This document shows, piece by piece, positions 36,977 to 46,529 of a stretch of DNA of 64,000 nt. Under the pieces are notes generated by a model. That model made no database searches. It was not told the origin of the DNA and saw only the letters and a list, made by a program, of their open reading frames with translations. Made by a program: the position numbers and the translations under genes. This DNA comes from an uncultured Candidatus Pelagibacter sp. (GTDB lineage: Bacteria > Pseudomonadota > Alphaproteobacteria > Paracaedibacterales > CAIOTO01), in contig CAYPYB010000006.1 in assembly GCA_964415115.1 (NCBI GenBank), positions 16,325 through 80,324 of the forward strand, written 5' to 3'. Numbering within the stretch: the stretch's first letter is position 1; every line of letters begins with the position of its first letter.

Positions 36977-38572
36977 ATGCTTCAATTTTTAAAAAAAATT
37001 TTACACTATTGCACTGTTATTCTTATATTTTCTACTATATTCGGTTTTTCTAATGAGGGAAATCCAGAAGAAACAGATAAAGAATTAACAACATCTGTTT
37101 CTGTTCATAATTCAGATTTTGACGATGATGATCCTGTTGTAAGAATCAAAGACATCATTAGCATAAAAGGCGTTAGAGCCAACCATTTGGTGGGTTGGGG
37201 ACTTGTTGTAGGACTTAACGGCACAGGTGATTCGTTATCTAATTCTCCTCAGACCAAAGAAAGTTTGGTGAGTATGTTTGAACGACTTGGCGTTAATATT
37301 CGTGATGGAACTATGTCTAGCAAAAACGTAGCCATGGTTATGGTTACAGCAACCCTTCCGCCCTTTGCACGTGAAGGATCACGGATTGATATCACAGTGT
37401 CTGCCGTAGGCGATGCGAAAAGCCTAAGTGGAGGAACTCTTTTGGTTACAGCTCTAAAAGGTGCCGATGGGCAAGTTTATTCTGTTGCACAGGGTCAAAT
37501 CTCAGTATCAGGTGTTGCGGCTTCTGGTGCTAATGCCCAACAAACAAAAGGTGTTCCTACAACAGGTAAAATTGCAAACGGAGCTTTAGTTGAAAAAGAA
37601 GTCGGTTTTGAAATGGGAGATCTTAAAAAAATTGATATTCTTTTATCAAACCCAGACATTTCAACAGCCAAAAGAATTGCACAAAGCATTAACACATATT
37701 CAAAAAGTAAAAAATGGTCAAAAAATTCTATTGCTGTTGTTTCAGACATGGGAACGATTAACATTCAAATTCCTAAGGGTTTATCTAAAATTAATTTTTT
37801 CGATGAAATTGGACAATTAAAAATCAAACCCGATCAAAGAGCACGTGTGATTATTGATGAAAATAATGGTGTTATCGCCATGACCAGTAAAACAAAAATT
37901 AGCCCCATCGCCCTAACCCACGGCTCCATTACCATTAAAGTCGTTGAAGAACCCAGAGTATATATGCCTAATGCACCTTTGCATAATGTTAATTCCTATG
38001 GAGGTTCAATTAGTATAAATGGGGATCAACAACAAAATTTTCAACAACAAACAGAAATCGTGGCTAAAAAAATTAGAGCAATAAAAGATACACAAACAGA
38101 AAATCTTAAGCTTTTACAAAAAAAACAAGAACTTGAAATGACAGATTTCAATGCATCAAATAATGCAGCAGATCCTTCTTATGCCTCAAACTTAGCTCTT
38201 AAAAAATCGACACATGAACAAGAAATTGTAGAACTGAATAACAAATATGAGCGTGAAATTAGCGAACTACAGAATCAAGTGGTGCTATCTTCTGTCAATC
38301 CACAAATCCAAAACATGATGGGTATGGCACCTCCATCAGGTTCTGGGGTAAATGCAACCATAGCCCCTGGTGCACAAACAGTTATTACATCCGATACTAA
38401 GATTAATGTTAAAGAAGAAAAAGGTAAATTTAGCCTTCTCAGTTCTGGCGTCAGTATCGATAAATTTGTGAATGCCCTTAACCAATTAGGTGTATCTGTT
38501 AAAGATATGGGCTCCATTCTAACCGCTATTAAAAATGCCGGGGCTCTGCACGCAGATATAGAGTTTAATTAA
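36977..38572 (+). CDS. flgI: Flagellar P-ring protein FlgI with a large internal insertion
   Basis: RIKDIISIKGVRANHLVGWGLVVGLNGTGD, GGTLLVTALKGADGQVYSVAQG and the C-terminus LNQLGVSVKDMGSILTAIKNAGALHADIEF are canonical FlgI. At 531 aa it is much longer than typical FlgI. Confidence 0.9.
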   Translation: MLQFLKKILHYCTVILIFSTIFGFSNEGNPEETDKELTTSVSVHNSDFDDDDPVVRIKDIISIKGVRANHLVGWGLVVGLNGTGDSLSNSPQTKESLVSMFERLGVNIRDGTMSSKNVAMVMVTATLPPFAREGSRIDITVSAVGDAKSLSGGTLLVTALKGADGQVYSVAQGQISVSGVAASGANAQQTKGVPTTGKIANGALVEKEVGFEMGDLKKIDILLSNPDISTAKRIAQSINTYSKSKKWSKNSIAVVSDMGTINIQIPKGLSKINFFDEIGQLKIKPDQRARVIIDENNGVIAMTSKTKISPIALTHGSITIKVVEEPRVYMPNAPLHNVNSYGGSISINGDQQQNFQQQTEIVAKKIRAIKDTQTENLKLLQKKQELEMTDFNASNNAADPSYASNLALKKSTHEQEIVELNNKYEREISELQNQVVLSSVNPQIQNMMGMAPPSGSGVNATIAPGAQTVITSDTKINVKEEKGKFSLLSSGVSIDKFVNALNQLGVSVKDMGSILTAIKNAGALHADIEFN

Positions 38573-38743
38573 AAATCGATACCATTATTTTTTTTGAATA
38601 CTTACATCACTGCTAGTTGTAATTTTACCGATAGATAAATTTTGTCTTCTTCAAATAACTGTAAAATAAAATCTTTTAGCAATGGCATTTTATTAACCAT
38701 TCATTGCTAACCTATCCCAAAACAATTACGTTCATCTAAAATT

Positions 38744-40246
38744 ATGATCTCTAAAATTAAAACCGTTTCCTTTCAAGGGATAGATATCATTCCGATCACT
38801 GTTGAAGTATCTATAACGAATGGACTGCCTCAGTTCAACATTGTAGGCCTTGCTGATAAATCTGTTGCAGAATCAAAGGAACGTATTAGATCTTCATTTT
38901 ATGCCATGGGTCTTAACTTACCTGCCAAACGTATTACTGTGAATTTATCCCCCGCAGACTGCCCCAAAGAAGGAACACATTATGATCTTCCTATTATCTT
39001 AGGCATTTTAACTTCTATTGCCATGATAGATCCAATCGAACTAGAATCTTATGTTTGCATGGGAGAACTAAGCCTAGATGGAAGTCTTTTGAGGTCACCG
39101 GGAATTTTACCTGCTAGCATTTATGCGCATTCACACCAAAAAGGTATCATTTGTCCCTTTTCTTGTGGCAGCGAAGCCGCATGGACAGGAATTGAAAAAG
39201 TGATTGCGGCACATTCTGTGATCGATATTATCAACCATTTTAAAGGCATTCATATTTTATCAAATCCAGAACCCACACAACTTCAAAATCAAAATGATTT
39301 TCTTGATTTTAGCGATGTTAAAGGACAAGCCTTTGCAAAAAGAGGAATGGTTATAGCCGCCATAGGTGGACATCACGCCCTATTAAACGGCGTTCCAGGA
39401 TCTGGAAAATCAATGATTGCAAAACGGTTATCTTCCATATTATCACCTTTAACACCCCAAGAAGCTTTAGAAGTTTCAACCATTTATAGTGTTTCAGGAC
39501 TTCTTCCAGAAAGTGGTTTTATTACACGACGAACGTTTAGGGATCCACATCATTCTATCTCCACACCTGCTTTGGTTGGTGGAGGATCCAAAGCTAAGCC
39601 CGGAGAAATTTCACTGGCCCATCACGGCGTACTTTTTATGGATGAGCTTCCTGAATTTTCAAAATTTTCTCTTGAAGCCTTAAGACAACCTCTTGAATCG
39701 GGTGAAGTTTTAATAGCTAGAGCCAATCATCGTTCCCGCTTCCCAGCGCGTTTTCAATTAATAGCTGCCATGAATCCGTGCAAATGTGGATTTTTAGGAG
39801 AGCAAGAAAAAGAATGTACTAAAGCACCCTTATGTGGTGGTGAATATCAAAAAAAACTATCGGGCCCTTTACTGGATAGGTTTGATCTGTTTATCCCTAT
39901 ATCCAAAGTAAGTTTTGCCGAACTTTTACCACAGAAAGAGCTAACGGCCCCACACCAAAACTCTGAAAATATGAGACACATTGTTTTATCAACTTTAGAG
40001 TTTCAACAAAATATAAGAAATCAACATTTTAAAAATAATCTATTAAACGGTTCTGAACTTATGCACCAAATGTGTGAAACACCTGAACTAAAAAAAAGAA
40101 TAGAAACGGCCTTAAAACGGTTTAATTTAACAACTCGAAGTTTGTTCAAAATACTAAGAGTATCACGAACCGTTGCCGACATTGAACATAGTCTAGACAT
40201 TCAAGATCACCATCTTTTAGAAGCCTTTCAATTTCGTCAAATCTGA
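38744..40246 (+). CDS. comM: YifB/ComM family Mg-chelatase-like ATPase
   Basis: A Lon-like N-domain is followed by Walker A GVPGSGKS and Walker B GVLFMDELPEF. The C-terminal region is ChlI-like. Confidence 0.9.
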   Translation: MISKIKTVSFQGIDIIPITVEVSITNGLPQFNIVGLADKSVAESKERIRSSFYAMGLNLPAKRITVNLSPADCPKEGTHYDLPIILGILTSIAMIDPIELESYVCMGELSLDGSLLRSPGILPASIYAHSHQKGIICPFSCGSEAAWTGIEKVIAAHSVIDIINHFKGIHILSNPEPTQLQNQNDFLDFSDVKGQAFAKRGMVIAAIGGHHALLNGVPGSGKSMIAKRLSSILSPLTPQEALEVSTIYSVSGLLPESGFITRRTFRDPHHSISTPALVGGGSKAKPGEISLAHHGVLFMDELPEFSKFSLEALRQPLESGEVLIARANHRSRFPARFQLIAAMNPCKCGFLGEQEKECTKAPLCGGEYQKKLSGPLLDRFDLFIPISKVSFAELLPQKELTAPHQNSENMRHIVLSTLEFQQNIRNQHFKNNLLNGSELMHQMCETPELKKRIETALKRFNLTTRSLFKILRVSRTVADIEHSLDIQDHHLLEAFQFRQI

Positions 40247-40577
40247 TTACGGAGCTATTTTTGTGAAATAAATACCATTACTTAAAACCGACCCTGCAGG
40301 TAATGTTGATGAACAAGTACCACATTGGTCTGAATAGATTGTTGGCGAACAATTGCATTCATAAGATTCGTTATAGGAAATAATCATCGTTACAGAGGAT
40401 GCTAAAAACATATCTTGTCTTAATTTCTTATAAAATCCATTCACCATAAAATCTTTACAAAAAACATAAAAGAAAAAAATATTTATTTATTGATTACATC
40501 ATTTTAAAATAAAAAAAGATTACAAGAACTCTCAAAAATGATATTTTAATATAAGAATCAAAAATGAGAGGATCGCA

Positions 40578-40736
40578 GTGAAATTTAACCCAGAAATACT
40601 CGAAACTATCTATTGCCCTAAAACGCATAAACGCCTGCAGTATGACGAAGAGAAACAAATTTTATATACTAATAATGATGAAACAACCTATGCGATTAAA
40701 AACGGCGTACCTTTACTAGATAGTCCTGAGCTATAG
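40578..40736 (+). CDS. Trm112/UPF0434 (YcaR-like) small protein, absent from the supplied ORF track
   Basis: A GTG start is preceded by GAGAGGA. The product VKFNPEILETIYCPKTHKRLQYDEEKQILYTNNDETTYAIKNGVPLLDSPEL parallels YcaR (LLEI.ACP....L.Y..EKQEL......AYPI.DGIP.L). Confidence 0.7.
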   Translation: MKFNPEILETIYCPKTHKRLQYDEEKQILYTNNDETTYAIKNGVPLLDSPEL

Positions 40737-40761
40737 ACAATCAAAAATAAGTTATAACGAT

Positions 40762-41181
40762 CTAATGACGATGATCCCCCGATAAAATCGTATGACTAAG
40801 TGGACAATAGGTTTGACCCACCTCTAATTTTTTTGTTTCTTTCTTTTTGTGCTTTTTAGAAAAAGGACGAACCACTATTGAACTATCTTCCACGGAAATA
40901 ATTTCCATATATTTTATTTCAGTGTCTTTAGAATAGACTTGTCCGTTAAGCCAGACATCCCAATTTTTTAAATCCTTTAAAAGAATACCTCCTAAATAAT
41001 AGCAAATTTCATTTTGCTCATTATCGTCTGAAGAAGATTCTTCTAAAAACTCATAAACTTTTTCATTTTTTACACTATTTTTTTGCTCTGATCTCAGAAC
41101 ATTACTTAAACAAAAAACAAAAAAACAAAAAAATATATATTTCAGCGCAAAACGTATCATAAAAAATATTTCTGAATACAA
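40762..41181 (-). CDS. Hypothetical secreted/membrane-anchored protein
   Basis: It has an N-terminal hydrophobic signal (ALKYIFFCFFVFCLSNVL), an acidic stretch and a Lys-rich segment. I recognise no family. Confidence 0.45.
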   Translation of the reverse strand: MYSEIFFMIRFALKYIFFCFFVFCLSNVLRSEQKNSVKNEKVYEFLEESSSDDNEQNEICYYLGGILLKDLKNWDVWLNGQVYSKDTEIKYMEIISVEDSSIVVRPFSKKHKKKETKKLEVGQTYCPLSHTILSGDHRH

Positions 41182-41351
41182 CTACAATAAGAATATCAAA
41201 AAAACATTCTGAATAACATTTTAAATATATACCTAACGAAAATGAAGGTATTCATTTCACACAAACAACCTATGATCATAAGTATCGCATGGATGAATAG
41301 TCATCTTCAAGGCATCATAAGTAAATCAAGAAACAGATCTTTTTCAGTAAA

Positions 41352-42128
41352 TTAGTATAGATACTCAGTTCTCTTTGTAAGTCTGTCTTGCACAGAAATA
41401 TAATAGTGGATCAAATTACTCTCATTAATACCATTTATCAGCTCAGGCCCTTGTTCACCTGTTTGTCCATCGTAAGGTATCATTCCTGTTCTGATTACTG
41501 TATTTTGTGGTTCAATATTATGACGATCAATACTAACATGTATAAAGGCAATATTCAAATCTGTGCTTTCGAAAACTGTTTTTTTGACATATTTGAATAG
41601 TGCTGTCTGTGCTTCAGACGCATATGATTTTTCTCTTGATTTTGGACACAAATAGCCGCACAACTTTAATGAATCCTTAAATTCACGAGATATATCTAAA
41701 CGTAATAGACCATGCAAGAAATTATCATATCTCCCAAAAATACCCAAAATTATACTTTGGGGACGTTGGAACATATTAAAGAATTCATTTACAGTTGGAA
41801 ATTTCGAGTCAGCATCATCATTTTTTTGCATCGGATCCGTTTGATAAAGTTCAGAGAAACGCTCAACCGATTTCTCATCAACATCTTTTTCTTCTATAAG
41901 TCTTAAAATCAAACATTCAGTTTCTACACACATATTCTTTAAAGCAGGATGATCAATGAATGTATGTTCACTATGAGTAGAAAGATCATTTACAGCATAA
42001 CAAAAATGGATTAAAGCAGACAACGCAAAAGATATAAAAATTATAAATCTGACACACATAAATAAAAAATCAAAATAATTTATTAAAAATACATTAAGTG
42101 TATATTTAAGCAATAAATGAATATTCAC
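41352..42128 (-). CDS. Membrane-anchored protein with degenerate RimJ/RimL-type GNAT acetyltransferase-like region
   Basis: After an N-terminal TM segment, ECLILRLIEEKDVD..., LCGYLCPKSREKSYASEAQTALFKYV and IHVSIDRHNIEPQNTVIRTGM follow the GNAT (Acetyltransf_3) pattern. The acetyl-CoA glycine motif is degraded. Confidence 0.35.
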   Translation of the reverse strand: MNIHLLLKYTLNVFLINYFDFLFMCVRFIIFISFALSALIHFCYAVNDLSTHSEHTFIDHPALKNMCVETECLILRLIEEKDVDEKSVERFSELYQTDPMQKNDDADSKFPTVNEFFNMFQRPQSIILGIFGRYDNFLHGLLRLDISREFKDSLKLCGYLCPKSREKSYASEAQTALFKYVKKTVFESTDLNIAFIHVSIDRHNIEPQNTVIRTGMIPYDGQTGEQGPELINGINESNLIHYYISVQDRLTKRTEYLY

Positions 42129-42188
42129 TTTATGTCAATTTAATTAAATTTTTATGTCATAATACTGTTTATCTTGCATCTCTACAAA

Positions 42189-43091
42189 TTAGCAATGTGC
42201 AGCAACTTCACCACCCCTACCATCTATTGTTTTTTGAACTAACTCTAAAGTAGAAATTTGATCCATTGCACTTAATAATTGGTCAGCGCTTTCCTTCAAG
42301 GTTATAAACTTTACCCCTATAGACTTTAGATGTATCAAAAAACTTTCGAACCATTCTAAATAAGCCATACCTTCAAGTTCGGCATGTAATGTGAAAACAT
42401 TTAAATCATTATTTGCCATGCATTCATCGTAATGATGAATGAGACGATCTATAGGATATTCAGGTCGACCTAATAGTTCATCTAACGTAGGCAAATTAGT
42501 GGGTATTTGTAACGTTTTAAATTTTTGAGGCCCAACACATGGAAAAAATGGAATATGGCCTCGTGTGTCACTTGCATAGCGCAAATGTAGTTCTTCATAA
42601 ACTTGCAAGCCATGTTGATTCATTTGCCATCCTGCGGACCCAAATGTTTCTGGATGAAAACCAAATGTTTGGATAAACATATGGTGCGCATTCAGCATTT
42701 CGTCCCTAACCGTTTCAAAATCCCAAGAATGCATTTGGTTTTGCCATTTGATATGATCATAGGTATGAACACCAACTTCATGGCCATCAAAATGCGTTTG
42801 ACGCATAATATCCTTGTTACGTTTTGCAATATGAGGGCCAGGCCATAAAACACCATTGAGAAGTGTTTTAATTCCATAAACTTTCAAAACACTTGTACGA
42901 CTGACTTTTTTAAAAAAACCTGGCTGAAAAACACGTTTCAAAGCACGACCTGTATTGTCTGGGCCCAATGAAAATAAAAAGGTCGCCTTAATATTATGTT
43001 TTTCAAACAGCTTTAATAAATTTCTAACACCAATTCGTGTACCACTGTCGGTATCAACGTCAACTTTTAAAACAATTTGTTTCTTCATCAT
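42189..43091 (-). CDS. arnD: Polysaccharide deacetylase family, ArnD-like (4-deoxy-4-formamido-L-arabinose-phosphoundecaprenol deformylase)
   Basis: VLKVDVDT..GTR.GV..LL....KHNIKATFLFSLGPDN.GRA and TLHAELEG follow E. coli ArnD closely. Confidence 0.75.
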   Translation of the reverse strand: MMKKQIVLKVDVDTDSGTRIGVRNLLKLFEKHNIKATFLFSLGPDNTGRALKRVFQPGFFKKVSRTSVLKVYGIKTLLNGVLWPGPHIAKRNKDIMRQTHFDGHEVGVHTYDHIKWQNQMHSWDFETVRDEMLNAHHMFIQTFGFHPETFGSAGWQMNQHGLQVYEELHLRYASDTRGHIPFFPCVGPQKFKTLQIPTNLPTLDELLGRPEYPIDRLIHHYDECMANNDLNVFTLHAELEGMAYLEWFESFLIHLKSIGVKFITLKESADQLLSAMDQISTLELVQKTIDGRGGEVAAHC

Positions 43092-43096
43092 ACAAT

Positions 43097-44128
43097 CTAA
43101 CGGTCTCTTAAAATAGATTCTTCATGATGTTGAATAATTTTTTCTATGGATGCTTTCAAATCTATAGATGGTTTCCAACCTAAACTTTCTTGAATAGCAT
43201 TGATACTAGGCATTCTAAAATCAACATCTTGATAATGTTGACCATACACTTCCAAACCTGTGCGATCGATCACGTTAACATTATTTGCAAAATAAGAAAG
43301 CTTAGAGTTATTTTGTAGTGCATCTAAAATGTAGTGTGCTAAATCTTTAATAGAGTGTTCGTTGTAAGGGTTTCCAATATTGAAGATTTTTTGATGTGAA
43401 GAACCAGTAGAGTCATCAATGATTTTCCAAAGCGCATCAATACCGTCGTCAATGTCAGTAAACGCTCTTTTTTGTTTACCACCATCCACTAGGGTTAGTT
43501 CTTGTTTAAACACAATATCAGAAATCATTTTTGAAACAACACGAGAACGATCAGAAGCTTCTGGATCTATTGAATCTAATTTTCCACCAACCCAATTGAA
43601 AGGCCTAAACAAGGTATAGTCTAAATTATTGTGAACCCCATAAGCATAAGTAACACGATCCAATAATTGTTTTGAAGACGAATAAATCCAACGTTGCTTA
43701 TGAATAGGACCCGTCACACAGTTAGATTGGTGTTCATCAAAATATTGATCTTGACACATTCCATAAACTTCTGAAGTTGAAGGGAATATCAATCGTTTTT
43801 GATGTTTAACTGTTAATTTAATAAGTTCTAAATTAGCTTCAAAATCAAGGGCAAATACCTTCAAAGGATCTGTCACATAAAGCTTGGGATTAGCAATTGC
43901 TGCTAAAGGTAAAACAATATCAGACTGACGAATTACATCATCCATCAAATCTAAATTACTAATTGAATCTTTTATAAATTTGAAATTAGCGTGGCCAAAA
44001 TAAGAACTGACTCTTGAATCATCAATATCAACACCAAAAATAAAGTAATCATCATGATGAATCATGTGTTCAAGAAGTGAACTTCCTATAAAACCATTAA
44101 CACCTGAAATAAATATTGTTTTTTTCAT
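43097..44128 (-). CDS. UDP-glucuronate oxidative decarboxylase, ArnA C-terminal (dehydrogenase) domain only
   Basis: GVNGFIGSSL, LIFPSTSEVYGMC, RWIYSSSKQLLDRV, TLFRPFNW, DGGKQKRAFTDI and YQDVDFRMPSI align along the ArnA decarboxylase domain. No formyltransferase domain is present. Confidence 0.8.
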   Translation of the reverse strand: MKKTIFISGVNGFIGSSLLEHMIHHDDYFIFGVDIDDSRVSSYFGHANFKFIKDSISNLDLMDDVIRQSDIVLPLAAIANPKLYVTDPLKVFALDFEANLELIKLTVKHQKRLIFPSTSEVYGMCQDQYFDEHQSNCVTGPIHKQRWIYSSSKQLLDRVTYAYGVHNNLDYTLFRPFNWVGGKLDSIDPEASDRSRVVSKMISDIVFKQELTLVDGGKQKRAFTDIDDGIDALWKIIDDSTGSSHQKIFNIGNPYNEHSIKDLAHYILDALQNNSKLSYFANNVNVIDRTGLEVYGQHYQDVDFRMPSINAIQESLGWKPSIDLKASIEKIIQHHEESILRDR

Positions 44129-44280
44129 AAAACACCCTGTTGTGATCATGCTACAATATAAGCATATTCATGCTCTTAGTTCCATATTAATCTTTAATCT
44201 TCTTTAAAATTAAGCTTTAGTTACTTATGTATTGTTTATTCATTTACTCTTTTATTATTTAAAATTATTGAAACTTTTGT

Positions 44281-45468
44281 ATGAAAAAACCCTTGATAGA
44301 AAAAAATGTCATCATCTTGATGATGATCTTATTTCTTTGCACATCTTGCAAAGAAGATGAACAAGATCCTCAACATATGAATGAAGAGACTAGAAAATCT
44401 GCACAGACTTTAACAGAAGTTTTAAACCATATTGATAAAAATTTTATTACTAAAATTGACGAAAGCCAATTCATAGAACAATGTCTAAAAAAATCATTAC
44501 CCTTAATTGATCCCCATACCCGTTATCTTAATCCTGAAGAATATAAAAGAACTCTAGATGAAGCCAATGGTGAATATGGAGGAATCGGTGTAGATGTCAA
44601 AAAACATATCAAAGGATTAGAGATTATTTCGATCCTTAAAGAATCCCCAGCTGAAAAAGAAGATCTTAAAATGGGGGATATCATCACTCACATTGATGGG
44701 ATGCCTTTGGTGGGATTAACTTATTCTGAAATGTGCAAATTATTTAATGGTATTGTAGGTTCGACTGTACGTATTTTTATTGAACGTCATTTTAATCCTT
44801 TCAAAGAATTACAAATTATTCGATCCAAAATAGCGAAAGAAATGATATCCGCATTCAGCGATCATCATATTGGTTATATCGAAATTAACAATTTTAATAA
44901 CCTCACAACATCGAAACTTTATAAATTTTTAAATCAGTTTAAGAAAGACAAAATTCAAGGTCTGATTGTTGATTTAAGAGATAACCCAGGCGGATCATTA
45001 GAACAAGCTGTATCCTGTGCAGGGTATTTTGTGGGTAAGAAAAAAATTGTAACGATTAAAGGACAAACATCCGATGATATCGTAGAATATGAATCTTCCG
45101 AAAAGATCGTTTTTAAAAACATACCAACCATAGTTTTAATTAATAAAAATTCAGCATCTGCCGCTGAAATTGTCGCAGCAGCCATTAAAGATCATAAAAA
45201 AGGAATTTTATTTGGAACTAAAACTTATGGCAAAGGTTCTGTACAAACCCTTTTTCCGTTATCTAATGGTGGAGGATTAAATTTAACCACAGCTTTATTT
45301 TATTCTCCTGCCCAAAATTTGATCGACAAAAAAGGAATCACGCCTGATTACATGATTCCTTTTGCTGATCATAAACATGATTACGAACAAAATATTAAAG
45401 AAGACCCGACTTATTTGAAGGCGAAAGATTTTCTACAAGGTCTTTTACATTTTCAAAATAAGAAATAA
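44281..45468 (+). CDS. ctpA: Carboxy-terminal processing protease (S41 family)
   Basis: It has a lipoprotein-like signal (LFLCTSC), a PDZ domain (GIGVDV...GLEIISILKESPAEKEDLKMGDIITHIDG) and the S41 motifs DLRDNPGG and NKNSASAAEI. Confidence 0.85.
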   Translation: MKKPLIEKNVIILMMILFLCTSCKEDEQDPQHMNEETRKSAQTLTEVLNHIDKNFITKIDESQFIEQCLKKSLPLIDPHTRYLNPEEYKRTLDEANGEYGGIGVDVKKHIKGLEIISILKESPAEKEDLKMGDIITHIDGMPLVGLTYSEMCKLFNGIVGSTVRIFIERHFNPFKELQIIRSKIAKEMISAFSDHHIGYIEINNFNNLTTSKLYKFLNQFKKDKIQGLIVDLRDNPGGSLEQAVSCAGYFVGKKKIVTIKGQTSDDIVEYESSEKIVFKNIPTIVLINKNSASAAEIVAAAIKDHKKGILFGTKTYGKGSVQTLFPLSNGGGLNLTTALFYSPAQNLIDKKGITPDYMIPFADHKHDYEQNIKEDPTYLKAKDFLQGLLHFQNKK

Positions 45469-45473
45469 ATCTT

Positions 45474-46508
45474 TTACTTCTCAATAAATTGAGTTATTTC
45501 ATCCATTGCAATGTGAGCTTTTTTAAAGCTATCCATAAATTGTCCACTGACATGAATGGTATCTTTTAAAATATATTGTTGATGCAAATTGCTTGTATTC
45601 TTTAACTTTTCAAAAAATATTTTACCTTCTTCATATAAAGGATCAAATTCTGCTGACACCATAAGTAAGGGAGGAAGTTTTGACAAAAGAGAAGATTCTG
45701 CAAACAGAGGTGACACTAAAGGATCGTTAACTTTACTAGCATATTGATTTTGAAGATAAACCATAGCATATTTGTTTAATCCTTCACGTGTTAGGAAATA
45801 ATAATAATCTAATCCATCACGAGATAATGGTTTAACATTCAAATCCAACCATGGATACCAGAGTACGATTTTTTCAGGTAAAGATTTATGTTCTAAAATA
45901 CGATTGTACACTAATGCTAAAGCAAGGTTTCCACCACAACTATCACCAGCAACAATAATTTTTGTTTGAGCATCAAGTTTTTCAACTAAAGCATCATACG
46001 CATGAATAACATCATTATACGCCGCAGGATATAAATGTTCTGGCGCCAAACGATACTCAACTGAATATACATCTAACCCAGTTTTCATACATAAAAAGCG
46101 ACACATTTGATCGTGTGTATTAATATTTCCTAAAGCAAAACCACCACCATGAACAAAGTAAATAACACGTCCAGAGTTTGTCCCTTTATAATGTCTGATA
46201 GGAATTTGTTGTCCTTTAACAGTGAATATAACATCTTCACTTTTGACATCAGTTTTTGTAACATTCAATGTTTGAGCCAAAGTATCATGAAGCAAACGTC
46301 GTTGTTTTAAAGGTGATAAATCTGACTTTTCGGTCATAATTTTATTTAAAATACTTTGTCCTTGTTTCATGAAATTTTTCGTATCCTCATCCAAATGCGT
46401 TGGGATATTGGACGATGCTAAACTAACCATTTCAGTTTTTTTTGCAGAGTAAGCACTATTTCCCAATATACATAATGCTGTACATACTCCTAATAAATAT
46501 TTTTTCAT
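45474..46508 (-). CDS. Secreted alpha/beta hydrolase (HSL-type esterase/lipase)
   Basis: It has a signal peptide, the oxyanion motif HGGGF and the nucleophile elbow GDSCGG. Confidence 0.8.
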   Translation of the reverse strand: MKKYLLGVCTALCILGNSAYSAKKTEMVSLASSNIPTHLDEDTKNFMKQGQSILNKIMTEKSDLSPLKQRRLLHDTLAQTLNVTKTDVKSEDVIFTVKGQQIPIRHYKGTNSGRVIYFVHGGGFALGNINTHDQMCRFLCMKTGLDVYSVEYRLAPEHLYPAAYNDVIHAYDALVEKLDAQTKIIVAGDSCGGNLALALVYNRILEHKSLPEKIVLWYPWLDLNVKPLSRDGLDYYYFLTREGLNKYAMVYLQNQYASKVNDPLVSPLFAESSLLSKLPPLLMVSAEFDPLYEEGKIFFEKLKNTSNLHQQYILKDTIHVSGQFMDSFKKAHIAMDEITQFIEK

Positions 46509-46529
46509 TTTATCTTCCTTTTTACAATT

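Noticed and set aside
40247-40447. 66-aa Cys-rich ORF abutting the comM stop on the opposite strand
   Set aside because: It has no Shine-Dalgarno and no recognisable family or signal peptide. Small-peptide or bacteriocin ideas are unsupported. I kept it only as a note.
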